From: the human T2T-CHM13v2.0 reference genome, Homo sapiens
Direction: 5' to 3' (one strand)
NCBI RefSeq assembly: GCF_009914755.1
Contig: NC_060929.1
Length of the DNA stretch: 64,000 bases
Below, piece by piece: positions 1 through 12,830 of the stretch. The notes beneath the pieces were generated by a model. It made no database searches. It had not been told where the DNA came from and was given only the letters and a program-made list of their open reading frames with translations. The stretch's first letter is position 1. Each line of letters starts with the position of its first letter. Both the position numbers and the translations under genes were made by a program.

Positions 1-349
1 GCCACAGTAATGATTCCGTTGATTCAGGGATGACCATATGACCTCTGTTAGGCCAATAACAGCAGCAAGGTTCCATTTAGAATCTTTGATCTAATCTATC
101 AGGGAAGCAGATTATCTTCTTCACTGCACTGAGTCTTGTAAAGATACAACCTTGACACTAAAAGAAAAGAATGACATGTAACTGAAGGACACCTTAGTCA
201 AGAAATATATCCTCTTGCCATCATTTAAACTCTGATTTAAGTTCTGCCTGACCATATCCACCCATGAACTGTTCAGTCATGAGTCACCACACATTCCCTT
301 ATGCGTAAAGCGTGGTAGTCATTAGTGCTAGTCATTTTTTTTTTCTTCT

Positions 350-682
350 GGTTCTGCTCCTCTGGACATATGGTAGGACTGCACTTCCTCAGTCCTTGAA
401 GGTAGACGTGGGACTTGGTTTGGCCAATGAAATGTGAGCAGATGTAATATGTGTCACTTTGGGGCAGAAGCCTTTAAGAGCTGGGGCACACTCCACCATG
501 TTTTCCACCCCTGCCATGGCAATCAAATAGATTCCAAATGGTGGGGATTCGGTCAACCTAAAGATCCTGACTGAGCGTGACATGGAGCAGAGTTCCCCAT
601 CAACCAAGATGCAGAAATGAAAGCACTGACATTTTAGAGTTGTTCTTTACCACAACATAACCTAGCTCATCCTGACTTATAT
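350..682 (+). mobile_element. Ancient MaLR LTR fragment (MLT1-like)
   Basis: Characteristic tggccaatgaaatgtgagcaga...tgtgtcactt and 3' end cataacctagctcatcctgact. Confidence 0.6.
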
Positions 683-1787
683 TTACCAGTTTCAATTGTT
701 TTTCTGCCTTTTGAAGCAGAAAAAGCCCTAACTCATATAATGAGTACAAGGAAAGTGGTGAAAAATAAAAGAGAAAGCATTCCAGTGAAGAACTTATGTG
801 AAGGGAAGCAACTGAATTGGAGGAAGAAATGGAATTGGAGGTTGAAATGGAGAAGACCTGTTTTGAGGCTATTGCAGTGGTCCAGGTGGTGTTGATTATG
901 TCTATAGTGTTAGGAAACATAGAAAAGAATAGATAGATTCAAATTTTATTTTAGAGAAAGAAAATGATAGGAAATTATTTTTCTCTGCCAAAACCCATTG
1001 TTTCTCACTTTGACTTTATGTTAAAAGGTCAGGGGGCAGAATGGAAAAGGCATAAGCTGTGAATAAGGAGACTCCAGTTCTGGGACTAAGTTGCTTAATA
1101 AGTAGGATGTGACCTTGGACAAGTCTTTTGCCTGCTCAGACCTTCACTTCTTCAGCTCTGTGAGCAAGGGGGAACTTACTCCCCCAACTTTAGAGGTGTC
1201 TCTCCTTTTCCTTTAAGCACTGACATTCTATGGAGGCTAATCATAGGAAGCTACCACATCAAAACAGTTGAATGGGATACATGTTCCTGACTCAATTAGG
1301 GAAATGCAGGAATGATAACCCACAAGACCTTGCCATAGTCTAGTCAATTTGTGAATGAAGAGAGTAAAATAACACTCACTGACATGAGGACTAGAAGCTT
1401 TTGATTATGATTTTGTAGTGGTGGTTTCTTTAACAAAAGCGTCTGGAAAATGGCCAAGATGGTATATGTGACACATTGTCAATGTGACTCACTCTGACTT
1501 GGATTCAGACAGACTCTTCTACATCAGATCTGTTCCTCTACATACAGCAATCTGAGATGCAGAAAAGGTAACCAACAATATTTGACAAGGTGAACTTCAC
1601 AGGCACTTTATCATAGCACTGTTCACTATAGCAGAAATTCCCAAAAAGTATACTTGAGGTGTTTTGACACAATAAATGAACAAACATGTATTCTTGGTAG
1701 TTATTCCCTGATTTTGCATTTTAACTACTGGAATGTTCATTAGCTTAATGTCACACCTGCCCAGTTGGTGAGTTTGAAGGAATAACT

Positions 1788-2545
1788 AGATGTGGCCATC
1801 AGTGGATGAATAGATAAAGAAAATGTGGTATATGTACACAATGGAATACTATTCAGCCTTAAAAAAGAAGGAAATCCTGTCATTTGCAACAACATAAATG
1901 AAACTGGGGGACAATATATTAAGTGAAACAATCCAGGGATAGGAACATAAATGCTGCATGATCGCACTTACATGTGGAATCTAAAAAAGTTGAATTCATA
2001 GCAGAGTAGAATGGTGGCTAGCAGGGGCTAGGAGTGAAGGTAAGGATTAGGGAGATGTTGGTCAAAAAGTACAAAATTTGGCAACACAGTAAAACCCCAT
2101 CTCTATAAAAAATTTTAAAAATTAGCCTGGCATGGTGGTGCATGGCTGTAGTCCCAGCTACTCGGGAGGCTGAGGCAAGAGGATCACTTGAGCCAAGAAA
2201 CTCAAGGTTGTAGTGAGCCATGATCTCACCACTGTACTCCAGCCTTGGCAACAGAGTGAGATCCTGTCTCAATTTTTTTTAATGCAAAATTTTAGTTAAA
2301 CAAGAGAAATAAGTTCAGGAGATCTATTGTACAACAAAGTGACTGTAGTTAATAACACTGTATTGTATACTTGAAAATTGCTGAGGATAGATTTTAAGTG
2401 TTCACCACCACAAATAAATGATAAATACACGAGGTAATACATATGTTAATTAGCTTGATTTAGCCATTCCACCACGTATGCATATTTCAAAATAACATAT
2501 AGTACACCATAAATATATATCATTTTTATTTGACAAAATAAGTTA
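1788..2545 (+). mobile_element. Old L1 (L1MA/L1MB-type) 3' end, interrupted by an Alu
   Basis: gatgaatagataaagaaaatgtggtata...gtatacttgaaaattgct...tagcttgatttagccattccac motifs of L1M 3' ends. Confidence 0.8.
2080..2272 (+). mobile_element. 5'-truncated Alu (AluJ-like)
   Basis: Alu linker and right-arm sequence; caaaattt duplicated on both sides. Confidence 0.85.
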
Positions 2546-5175
2546 ATTAATTGATAATAATAACAAAATTGAGTATAGTAGTCAGTCATTCACTCCTTGT
2601 ACTTTTTGACTCTATCTCCTTCAGGAAGGACAAATTCCGCACTGTTCTTGGCTGTGAAATCAATAGCACTCCACTGCAGGGAAGACCTACGGGTGTACAT
2701 GTCTGTCCACACCTGGGATTTACTCTTAAGGAGCCCATAATTGTCCAGCACCTAAGCCGCATCCCCCAATCCAACTTTCACTAGTAATGAAGCTACTATT
2801 TTGAGCTCCACCTTCCTGATTCTCATCTATCTGTCAGATGGTGCAGAACTTGAGTAAGGGAAAGTAACATTTATTGAATCTATTCAAATCTCAATACTTA
2901 TATATTCATCTTAATGTGCACTGGAACAATATATGACCAGTTAATTAAACCCTGCAATTTCACAGAGATTATTGCTTAATAGGAAGCTAAGTATTTTAAG
3001 AGGTTCAATTTAATTGATTAAATAAAAATATTAAGAAAACAACAATACAGGTGGTACAAAATTAGAAATTTGGCAAATATGGCAAAAAAATATGAATTAT
3101 GTGAATGACAGAAGTTTATGAATTACTATACCAAAGAGGAGAATTGATAGAAGTCATGTCTTAGCTCAATCCAGGAGTTTCATCATACTGAAAAGATTGT
3201 CAATTCAGGAGAAAGATCTGTAGTTGATGAAACCTTATAAAGTGTAAAAAGTATGGAATAGCAACATAGTAAGTTAAATTGGAAATATCAGTGTGAAATA
3301 ATAAGCTTAAGAAGAATTTTTTCAGCTCTGAGTGGCCTAACAGCCACATCAATAGCATTCTGGCTCAGCACACATTCTCATGTGCAACTCCCAGAGCCCA
3401 GCTCCTGGACTTTACAATTATTTCCTGCTAAAAGGAAAAAGAATTCCTTGGAGAATAGCTAATTTCATTATTTAAGATGGAAAGAAATCAGAACATTTCT
3501 TCAATCTTCTATTGTTGCCAAAAAGCAAGAATGTTTTCAAGAACATCAGGGACAATGGTTAAAGAATAAGGGAGCCAGCATACAGGGCCCCTCACTAACT
3601 ATATGGTGACAATTTTTAAAAATAAAATTTTTATTATAAAAAAAAGCACATATGCCCCCAAAAAAGTCAAATGTAGGCCCAGGTCAAAAATATAGAACTT
3701 TGCTGCCCACCCCATAAGCCCCTTCCCTGAGCCTCATCCCAACCACATCCCCATTTCTTTCTGCATATCGTCACTCAAATAGTAATGACTTCATTGTCGT
3801 TTTTATAGTATTATCACCCAAATGTGCACTCCTAAACACTGTAGTTTAGTCTCTCCAATTTTTTAAAACAATAATATGCCTTTTAAGATTAAGTTACAAC
3901 GTGAGCATCAAAATCACTATTCCCACCACCATCATCATTACCACCACTATCATCATCATGAATTATAGGAAAAAGGTGAGTCTTATCAAAGGCCATGAAT
4001 TCAAAATAACTCAAAACAAAGATGTTAATATGAAGTCTGTGCAAAAGGTCATTGTAATAGAAAACAGTTAATATAATAGAGCATACTTATTTTCTTACTG
4101 ATTTTAACAATGAAGAGGGCTTGATATTTCTTCCATTAATTTTATGTGTTTATGACACATAGTCATCTGTCTCTCTCTGTCTGTTTAAGGAGAATAAATG
4201 TTGGGAACTGTAAGCCAAAAAGACTATTCAGTTTGAGTGAACACTGACAATAACCCACCAGAAAGAAGGTTTTGCAGTGTTTGCCAATGTAATGAATTAC
4301 CAGACGACCTCTAGAGGAAGGCTAACTACTCACTCAATCCTCAACTCCTAGGAGATTAAATCTCAGTGCTAATAAGGAAGGTGTCAGTTTTTAATGCTAA
4401 GAGACCAAATCGATATTTGATTATGACAGGAGAATCAGTTATGTAAGAACAGCCAAGTGATAATTACAAAAACAATTTCAGGGGTAGATAGTAGGTTGCA
4501 AAATTAAACCCTAGGCATAAGATAAGGCCTGAAATACTCTTGCTGACATAACAGATATCATTGAACTATAGAAAAGCTTACTATAAAAAGGTGGTTTAGG
4601 TTAGAATCACCTTGGGAGAAGCAACAAATGTAACCAAGAATTAATCAGTCAATAAACCAAGTCTTGCAATCTAGGCTGTTCTGATAAGATAATCTTTTCT
4701 TTGGGCCTTCTAACAATCGTGTGACCCCAGAAAGAAATAAAAATAACAGTACTGAAATCCTGAGGGTATATCAAAACAAGCATAGAAAAACAAGCACAGA
4801 AATAAGAAAAGCATCAAACCCACGATATTGATGCCCTAAAGTAGATTTCTGTGAAACTATAGCAATATATTCTGTAGTCTTTGTTTCTATAAGTTTGTGA
4901 ATTACGGTTTTGAAGTGTTTAAAAGGGTTAGACATTCCAAATATATAATTGCAGTTTGTTTAAATTGTTTACAGTGGTTTGCTTAATAAATTTGTGATCA
5001 GTATTTAAAGGCCCCAAGAAAAATTGGTTGTTAGTTTTTGGTGTTAGATTTATGAGCTTAATAAATTGAGCATTAAACAAAGAACAAATGGTTGCTAGTA
5101 TTCTTCTCCATGAGAAAAACCTTCAGATATATAAGGCTACATCAACAAAGACCTGGACAGAAGATGGTCTTACCT

Positions 5176-5742
5176 TGTACTGGTTATCTTTTCTTATGTA
5201 ATAAATCATCCCAAAATTTATTGGCTCAAAACAGCATATATTATCTCACAGTTTTGTATCCCACAGGTCAGAGATTTGGGCACAGCTTAGCTGAATGGTT
5301 CTGACTCTAGGTCTCTGATGGGCTGCAATTAAGTTGTCAGCTGGGGTTGCAGTCATCTCAAGCTCAACTGGGAAAGACCCTGTTCCAAGCTCACTCACGT
5401 GGCTGTTGGCAGGATTCCCTTCCCAGCAGGCAGCTGACTGAGGGCCTCAGTTCCTTGCTGGCTGTTGGTTGGAAGCCACCTTCTGCTCCTTGCCACGTGG
5501 ACCTCTCCATAAGGCACCTTGCAACATGGCAGTTGGCCTCAACAGGTGAGCAAGCAAAAAGCCAGAGAAAGAGTCATGATCTTTGACAACCTCATCTTTG
5601 AAGTGACATCGCATCACTTTTGCCATAGCCTATTGTTAAAAGTAAGTCACTTGGTCCAGTCCACACTCAAGGGGAAGGGATTACACAGGCCAGGAATACC
5701 AGGAGGTGGGGATCATTGGGAGGCATTTTAGAAGCTGCCCAC
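5176..5742 (-). mobile_element. MaLR LTR (MLT1-type)
   Basis: Reverse-complement MLT1 hallmarks: tattatctcacagttttg, gggcacagcttagctg, ggggatcattgggaggcattttagaagctgcc. Confidence 0.75.
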
Positions 5743-8289
5743 TGGTGAAATTTTCACAAGGCATTGGCCCATGAGACAACAATACACTGAGGGCTCTGTA
5801 TGTGCAATTAAGGGTCATGTCTCTGCAAACACCAAACCACCACATATTTATAGAACACCTTCTATGCACCAAGCACAGTGTAGATGCTGGGGATACAATG
5901 ATGCATGGCCACAGTTCCTGCCCTCAAGAAGCTCAAAGCTGAATGAGGGAGACCAACAATGAAAGGAGAGTTAACCAATCTTTATCCTCTTCCCCTCCTA
6001 TGGCATGTATTATTTTATTTTGCAAATGTTCGTTTAATTCTCTAACTCCCTGTGAGACCATGATGTCCTTGAGAGAAGATACTATGTCTCTTTCATCTGT
6101 GTGACTGCTTGTGACTTACACATGGCCTGACACATAGGAGGCCTTCAAAAATTATAACACTTTGAACCTAAGAAAGCAGACATGGTCAATTATCTATTAG
6201 TCATCTATACCTTAGTGTGAATTAATGGCCCTAATCTTCTGGGAAATAATCACTGATGGAGGAAAATGTGTCTGGGAGCTGGATAATAGGGATGCTAAGG
6301 GGACTATACACAGAGGAAACTCATAGTGTAAAAGGAGATAAACATAGATTTTCATTTTGTCAAGGTCTGATTTAACTGCCCCTTTCCTCCCTCCTTTCCC
6401 CAACTCTCAAGCAATAAGGAAGTTCTACTGTATTATGTTTCTAGGTCTTTTCTTCTCTTGGTTTTATGTGTTCTTTAACACACGCAGTAATTATATGCCA
6501 TAATTCTGACACTGACATAACTCCATTTCTCTCTCACATAATTGCATGAATGTGACTCTCTATAATTACTGTGTTTAATTAGAAAATGAGGACATGCGAC
6601 TAATGAGGACAGGTGATTAAAAAACAACTGCGAACATCTCTTTCAAATTTACCTTTAGCATAAAATTCACTCCACTTTAGCATAAAATTTAGCATAAGCT
6701 CTAGTGAACCACAGAATTTTTTTTATAAATGTTGCCAGCACTCATCTAAATGAATATATTACCAGAGCAATTTATATTTGTGGAAGAGTTAGACTAGGAA
6801 AATATCATCTTACCTATGAACTGAAGCTTAAATGATGTCTTTGGCCAGTTAAATTTGGAAAAGTAAAGTATGGATCACAAAGTAAATAGTTAACTCTGTT
6901 TTCAAAAATTTTAAATGTACTGTGCTCTCTTTAGCAGGGATCTTACCTGGAAACCAACATGAAAACAAGGAAGAAAAGGTAGAGTTGCTATAGGGGCAAA
7001 GGTTTAAGGCCTGTGGACTCTGCCCTTCCCGCTGCACAGAGCCCCTTAGACAGGTAGGGAGGGGAACATATTGCCATTTCAAACCACAAGTGTCCTTCAA
7101 GGAGGGTGGAGTCTGTGAAAAAGAAGCTTCCTGGTCTCTGCAGATCTTTGTGTGTGAAGAGTAGATAAGCCTTGAGGCTGAGCCACAGTTGGAAATAGGA
7201 GCCATAAAGATGAGTCACTCTGGCAACAGAGTAAGAAGAATAAGGGTCAGCTGGGATGGGAAGGCAGAGAGGGAAGGAGGAACCAGCAGAAGGGTGCTAA
7301 GTGGCTGGCACAGTCTGCAGAAGTCTTGTGAAGTCCTCTCATTACTATGATGCAGTGTCAGTCCCCTGGGTAGATCCCCAGTTTCAGTACAGTTTGTTGC
7401 ACCCACAAAGGCCTAGTAAGGCAAGATGTTTGTGAGGATCACAGAAAGGGCCTGTGTATTTACTCTGGGTGAGCACGGCATGGAAAGGAACAGTATGAGT
7501 GAGACTAAGAGATGGTCAATAAACTGAATTAACTCAACTTTAAGACAATTTAGGAGCTGATTAAGTGTGAACTGCTTAGAGCAATGCCTTACGTGCAGTT
7601 AAGGCTAATATGTGCTTGTTAATTTAAATAAATGCATACATAACATTCTTTAACAAACACAGCCCCCAAACCAGGCCGATCTAACTTGACCTCAAGCAGA
7701 CAAATGAAAGTTACTAGAGTAAGTAGCAAAGGGTAGCTATAGTGTCCTCCCCAAACTGTGGGCCGAAATTCAGTTACTATGTGAACTAGAGGCCCAAGAC
7801 TGTAATTTCATTAACGATAAATACTAAATCCTTTTTCATCTTTGTCTTCTGAGGACCTAGTACGAATGTCCAGAACATAGTAGAAATCTAACAAAAAATT
7901 ATTCAATGAATAAATGAATGGATGTTACATTTTTAAGACGTATTTATTAAAAACTTTTTTGAGCTTTCTAAGGATATAGTATTATTTTAATCACAGCATC
8001 ATTATGATGATATTTTTTAACCTTCGTGTTTGTTTCTAGCTCTGAAGGGATTCTTGTAGTCTTAGTGGAGTACCAGTTGGTTAACCTTGTTTAAACTTAT
8101 TCCTAACCCTGCCCAACCCACTGGCAAATACTTATAGTTCACAAATCAGGAAGTGGATGTTTTGGTGCAAACTTGTCTCCAGTAATAGGCAAAGAACTCA
8201 AGTATGTATGTTTTGCATACGAGGGGTCATAGCAATATTCCTGAGTTCAAAGGACGGTAAATAGAGCTTGTGGTTCTAGCTTCACAATA

Positions 8290-9215
8290 TATCCATTGTC
8301 TGACCACTTTTTACCACATCCACTGATACCACACTGGCACTATTAGCTGCCACCAAGATTATTGCAATAGTCTCCTAGCTGGCCTCCCATTTCTGCCCTT
8401 GCCAGTGGTGTCTCCTCTCAACACAGCAGCCCGAGTGGCCTGTTAAAACATAAATCATCAGACCATGACCCTCCTCTGCTCCAGTCGGTGCCCAATCAAG
8501 AAAACAGAAACCATTCCAGGTATTTCCAAGAGAGGAAATATAGGGAATTGGTTACAAAGATTAGTGACTGCAGGTAGCCACTACCACCCCTAGGAAGGAG
8601 GAACAAAAGGGAAAATGGTGTTTCAGCGAGCCCACAACCAGAGCCAGTAAAGCAGCTACTGGTGGAAGCAAGCAGCCGGCCAGCATTCCTAGCTGCTGCT
8701 GCTGCTCCTGCAGCTGCCCTATGGGAAGGCTGCCGGGAACCCGATTCAAAAAAAGGAAGGCTCTTCCTCCCTCTCCTCTCCCAGTGTCCTGGCGCACCTA
8801 ACAGGAAGCCAGCGGGCACGGGGGGTCCGGAAAGTGTAGTTTGCACGTCTCCTGCCCCAGCAGCAAGGGGGCGGGGGGTTGAAAGGGAGTGCGGAGGGCG
8901 GTAGCAGAAAGCAGGCTCTATCCACAGCAGGCCCTCACTCAGAGTAAAACCCGAGTTCTCATCGTGGCATCTGAGGGAGGCGCCCCCGCCGTGACACACA
9001 AGAACGAACTTTCCCTTCAGACGTCATCCCCGCTGCTGTCTTCATGCTCACCCAGACCAGCCACGCGGGCTCCTTCCCTGTTCTTCAAAGGTGCAGGCGC
9101 TCTTCTTCCCGACTCTAGCATTTGCTGTTTCCTCTGCCTGGGATAGTCTTACGCCAGACACCTTCCCAGCTCACTCCCTCAACTCCTTTAGGCCTTTCTT
9201 TAAATGACACCTTTT
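8290..9215 (+). mobile_element. L2 fragment split by an ancient LTR-like insert (about 8490-8925)
   Basis: L2 motifs on both sides (gattattgcaatagtctcct...aacacagcagcc; gctgtttcctctgcctgg...ctcactccctc). The central part begins cccaatcaagaaaacagaaaccattccaggtattt...agggaattggtta, typical of ancient LTRs. Confidence 0.6.
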
Positions 9216-9273
9216 CTTATTTCTTATTTTTATTTTTAATTTATATTCCTAGACATCAGTCTCAAGCTGATAA

Positions 9274-9620
<347 letters not shown>

Positions 9621-10353
9621 TTTTGTCCTTTTTAACACCACTATACGTTACATATATGTGTGTGTATATATGTAATGTATGTGTTATATATATAGCTTAC
9701 TATATATAATTGTATATATTTTGTTCTATAGGCTATATTTATTGCATAAACATATATATTATTCCCATAAATCTATATATTTAGTTGTCTGTATTCCTTC
9801 ACCAAAATTTAAGCTCGTAGGAGCATTTAGTTTGTTTTGTCTACTGATACATCCTCGGTGCTCCATAAATACTTGTAGATAGTCAACAATAACATACTGT
9901 ACACTTAAAAATTCATTAAGAGGGTAGTTCTCATGTTAAGTGTTCCTACCACAATAATAAATGAATACTTGTGAAATGAACACAATAAATATGATCATTA
10001 GTAGGTTATTTATTATGTGATGAAAAACATTAAAGGCTCTTTACAGAAGCTGAGGTTGCTCACACTTCTTCCTCTGGGCAACCTGCATAACCCCACTAAG
10101 GCTTAAATTAGATGCCCCTTCTGCATGCTCCAAATGCTCCCTGTAATTATCCTATCCCAGCACTTGTCACAGTGCATTGCAATTATCCATTTATGTATCT
10201 ATCTCCTCCTCTAAAACTAAGTTCCATGAGATACCAAAGGGATGATGCCTCTCTGGGTAACATGATACATCAAGCACTTTGGAATACTGTCCTGTATGCA
10301 GCGGGGCTCAAACAATATTTGTGACGGAATATTCCTGTCGAAAAGCAGAATAG

Positions 10354-10839
<486 letters not shown>

Positions 10840-11275
10840 TCAAAAATATTTTAGTCTTTTTTATTAGAATTATTTATATTGCCTGAAAAGCATTCCATTG
10901 TTAAATTATGTTAAACGCTGAATATTAGAGAATAACAAACAAATCTTGAGAAATTATTAAGTTATGAAATCAAAATTATTATCACAGAATGCAGCAGGTC
11001 TCAAGAGATAAATTTTGCAGTGTTATTCTTAAGGGGCTTGGGGAGTGGGTGTTAGAGCTATAAAAGTTCATTAACAAAAGTATGTTCTAATTTTATAACC
11101 AACCTCAAGAGGAAAGAATCATCCTTACTATGCATATTCATGGATAGTAGAAACATTACTGCTAAAAATCAGCCTTGGTTAATTTTTTTCTTTTAGAGAT
11201 TTCCAGTAGGTAATCTATAAAATACCCGCAGTCCTTTATGAAGAGATCATGGCTAGGTTCTAGACTTAAAGTGGA

Positions 11276-11285
11276 TTTATTTATT
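11276..11285 (-). terminator. Candidate distal polyadenylation signal (overlapping AATAAATAAA) of GRXCR2
   Basis: Two overlapping TTTATT hexamers on + strand; a further single one lies at 10860-10865. Confidence 0.35.
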
Positions 11286-12000
11286 TGGTAGTAATTCAGG
11301 GGCTCGAAGAAGTTATATCATACACACATATTTGAGCACCAAATTTATCATAAATAACTTTGACTTGGCTTATAACCTCAGTAGTTAGAGGCACACAAAA
11401 ATGTCTTATCTCATCTTGACTTAAGAAATAGTATTGCTCACTGTCTGCATAAATATTATCCAAACACACCACATGGAAGAGGTTCAGGACTTTGAAAGGG
11501 AAGGCTCCTTGGCTTGCCTGTCTCCACAGTGAACATCTCATTTTGCTTGCTGTGGCCTGCTAGTGCGTTCAGCGTTGGCTGTCCGTTTCCTCTTCTGCTT
11601 AATCAGAAATTCAGTTTGACTAATAATCACATGAGATGCATTATAAGCAACAAGAAATCAGTTCATCAGAAACCTGCCTTTTTTACTCCTTTCTCACCAC
11701 ATAATTTTGCAAAATAACTCCCAACCTGATGCCTGAAGTGTACATGTATTTGCTCACTGAAGCAAGGAGAAAACTGAGCTAAGTCAAGTGAGATACACTC
11801 ACACCATCCTGGAAGGATAATTTTAGAACCAGTTTCAAAGCAGACTATAATTCAGAAATGCCCCTGCCACTTAGACCCACACAGAGATGTTACCGGCCTC
11901 ACAAAATGTCATCAGATAATTGAGTTTTGCCAGCAGTGGGAGTGACTGCAGCCACTGTGGCCTCCTTGTTGGGAGAGGCAGGAGGAGGAGAAGGGGGCGG

Positions 12001-12006
12001 TTTATT
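12001..12006 (-). terminator. Candidate proximal polyadenylation signal (AATAAA) of GRXCR2
   Basis: TTTATT on + strand about 50 nt past the stop codon; usage cannot be seen from sequence. Confidence 0.35.
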
Positions 12007-12058
12007 AGAAATAACTTTAGGGAGGGTAAGATAACAGTGGACATGCAAAAGCCACGGG

Positions 12059-12241
12059 CTATTGATTGCAAATCTGGCAAGGCTGTAGGCCATTCTCATT
12101 GCAGGCAGGGCACCTCAGGGCCCGATAGGACTCCTTAAATCTGTTGGCCAGCATCGAGAACTTGCTGCCGTGGCACAGAGAGCAGGTGGCACTGCCCGAC
12201 CCTCGGCAGTGAAAACAGCTGTCCTCGGGAATATCCCCTTC
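12059..12241 (-). CDS. GRXCR2: GRXCR2 coding exon 3 (aa 189-248, Cys-rich domain, stop)
   Basis: Acceptor gtctcttgCAG|GAA, then EGDIPEDSCFHCRGSGSATCSLCHGSKFSMLANRFKESYRALRCPACNENGLQPCQICNQ-TAG. Four CxxC motifs; total CDS 747 nt = 248 aa. Confidence 0.97.
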   Translation of the reverse strand, partial: EGDIPEDSCFHCRGSGSATCSLCHGSKFSMLANRFKESYRALRCPACNENGLQPCQICNQ

Positions 12242-12609
12242 CTGCAAGAGACAGGTTAGGGTTTAGTTAAAGCAGCAGTTCAAGTCCGTTGTTCACATGC
12301 AGGTCAAAACAGCACTAGACTACAGCAAAGGCTGGGGCAGAATAGAGGAAAATGCTTCCCACGAATGTCAGTGAGAGAATCATCTGGGACCCAGAATAGT
12401 TACAGCAATTTTATCAGAGAGGATTCCCCTGGTGGACACCTCTAAGACAGCATCCTGTGCCACCACACTTTGCATTCCAAGACTTCATGATCTTCATTGC
12501 CCTTGTCACTATCTCTGACCTGTTTTTTCTGTAAGCTCCATAAAGGGCAAGGACTTTATTTTCCTTATTGCCAAATACTACAAGTGAACCCTTGTAGCAT
12601 GCCTGATAG

Positions 12610-12830
12610 GTGCCAGGTGCTGTTCTAAGTGCTTCCTATATATCATCCATCTAATCCTCACAAAATCCCAGTGAGATAGTGTAAGTATTATTATCCTTGT
12701 GTTGCAGATGGGAAAATGAGATACTGAGAAGTTGTTTGCCAATGGTCACACACACAGCTTGAAAAAGGAAGAGGTGGGCTCTCATCTCAGCGATTTGAGC
12801 ACCAGAATTCATGCTCCTAATGCCTATGTG
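12610..12830 (-). mobile_element. MIR
   Basis: Reverse MIR core: aatcctcacaaaatccc...gggaaaatgagatactgaga...ggtcacaca. Confidence 0.65.

Noticed and set aside
8496-9146. Overlapping ORFs of 78-167 aa in the GC-rich patch
   Set aside because: No recognisable domain; they lie in L2/LTR-derived, GC-rich DNA where stops are rare and occur on both strands.
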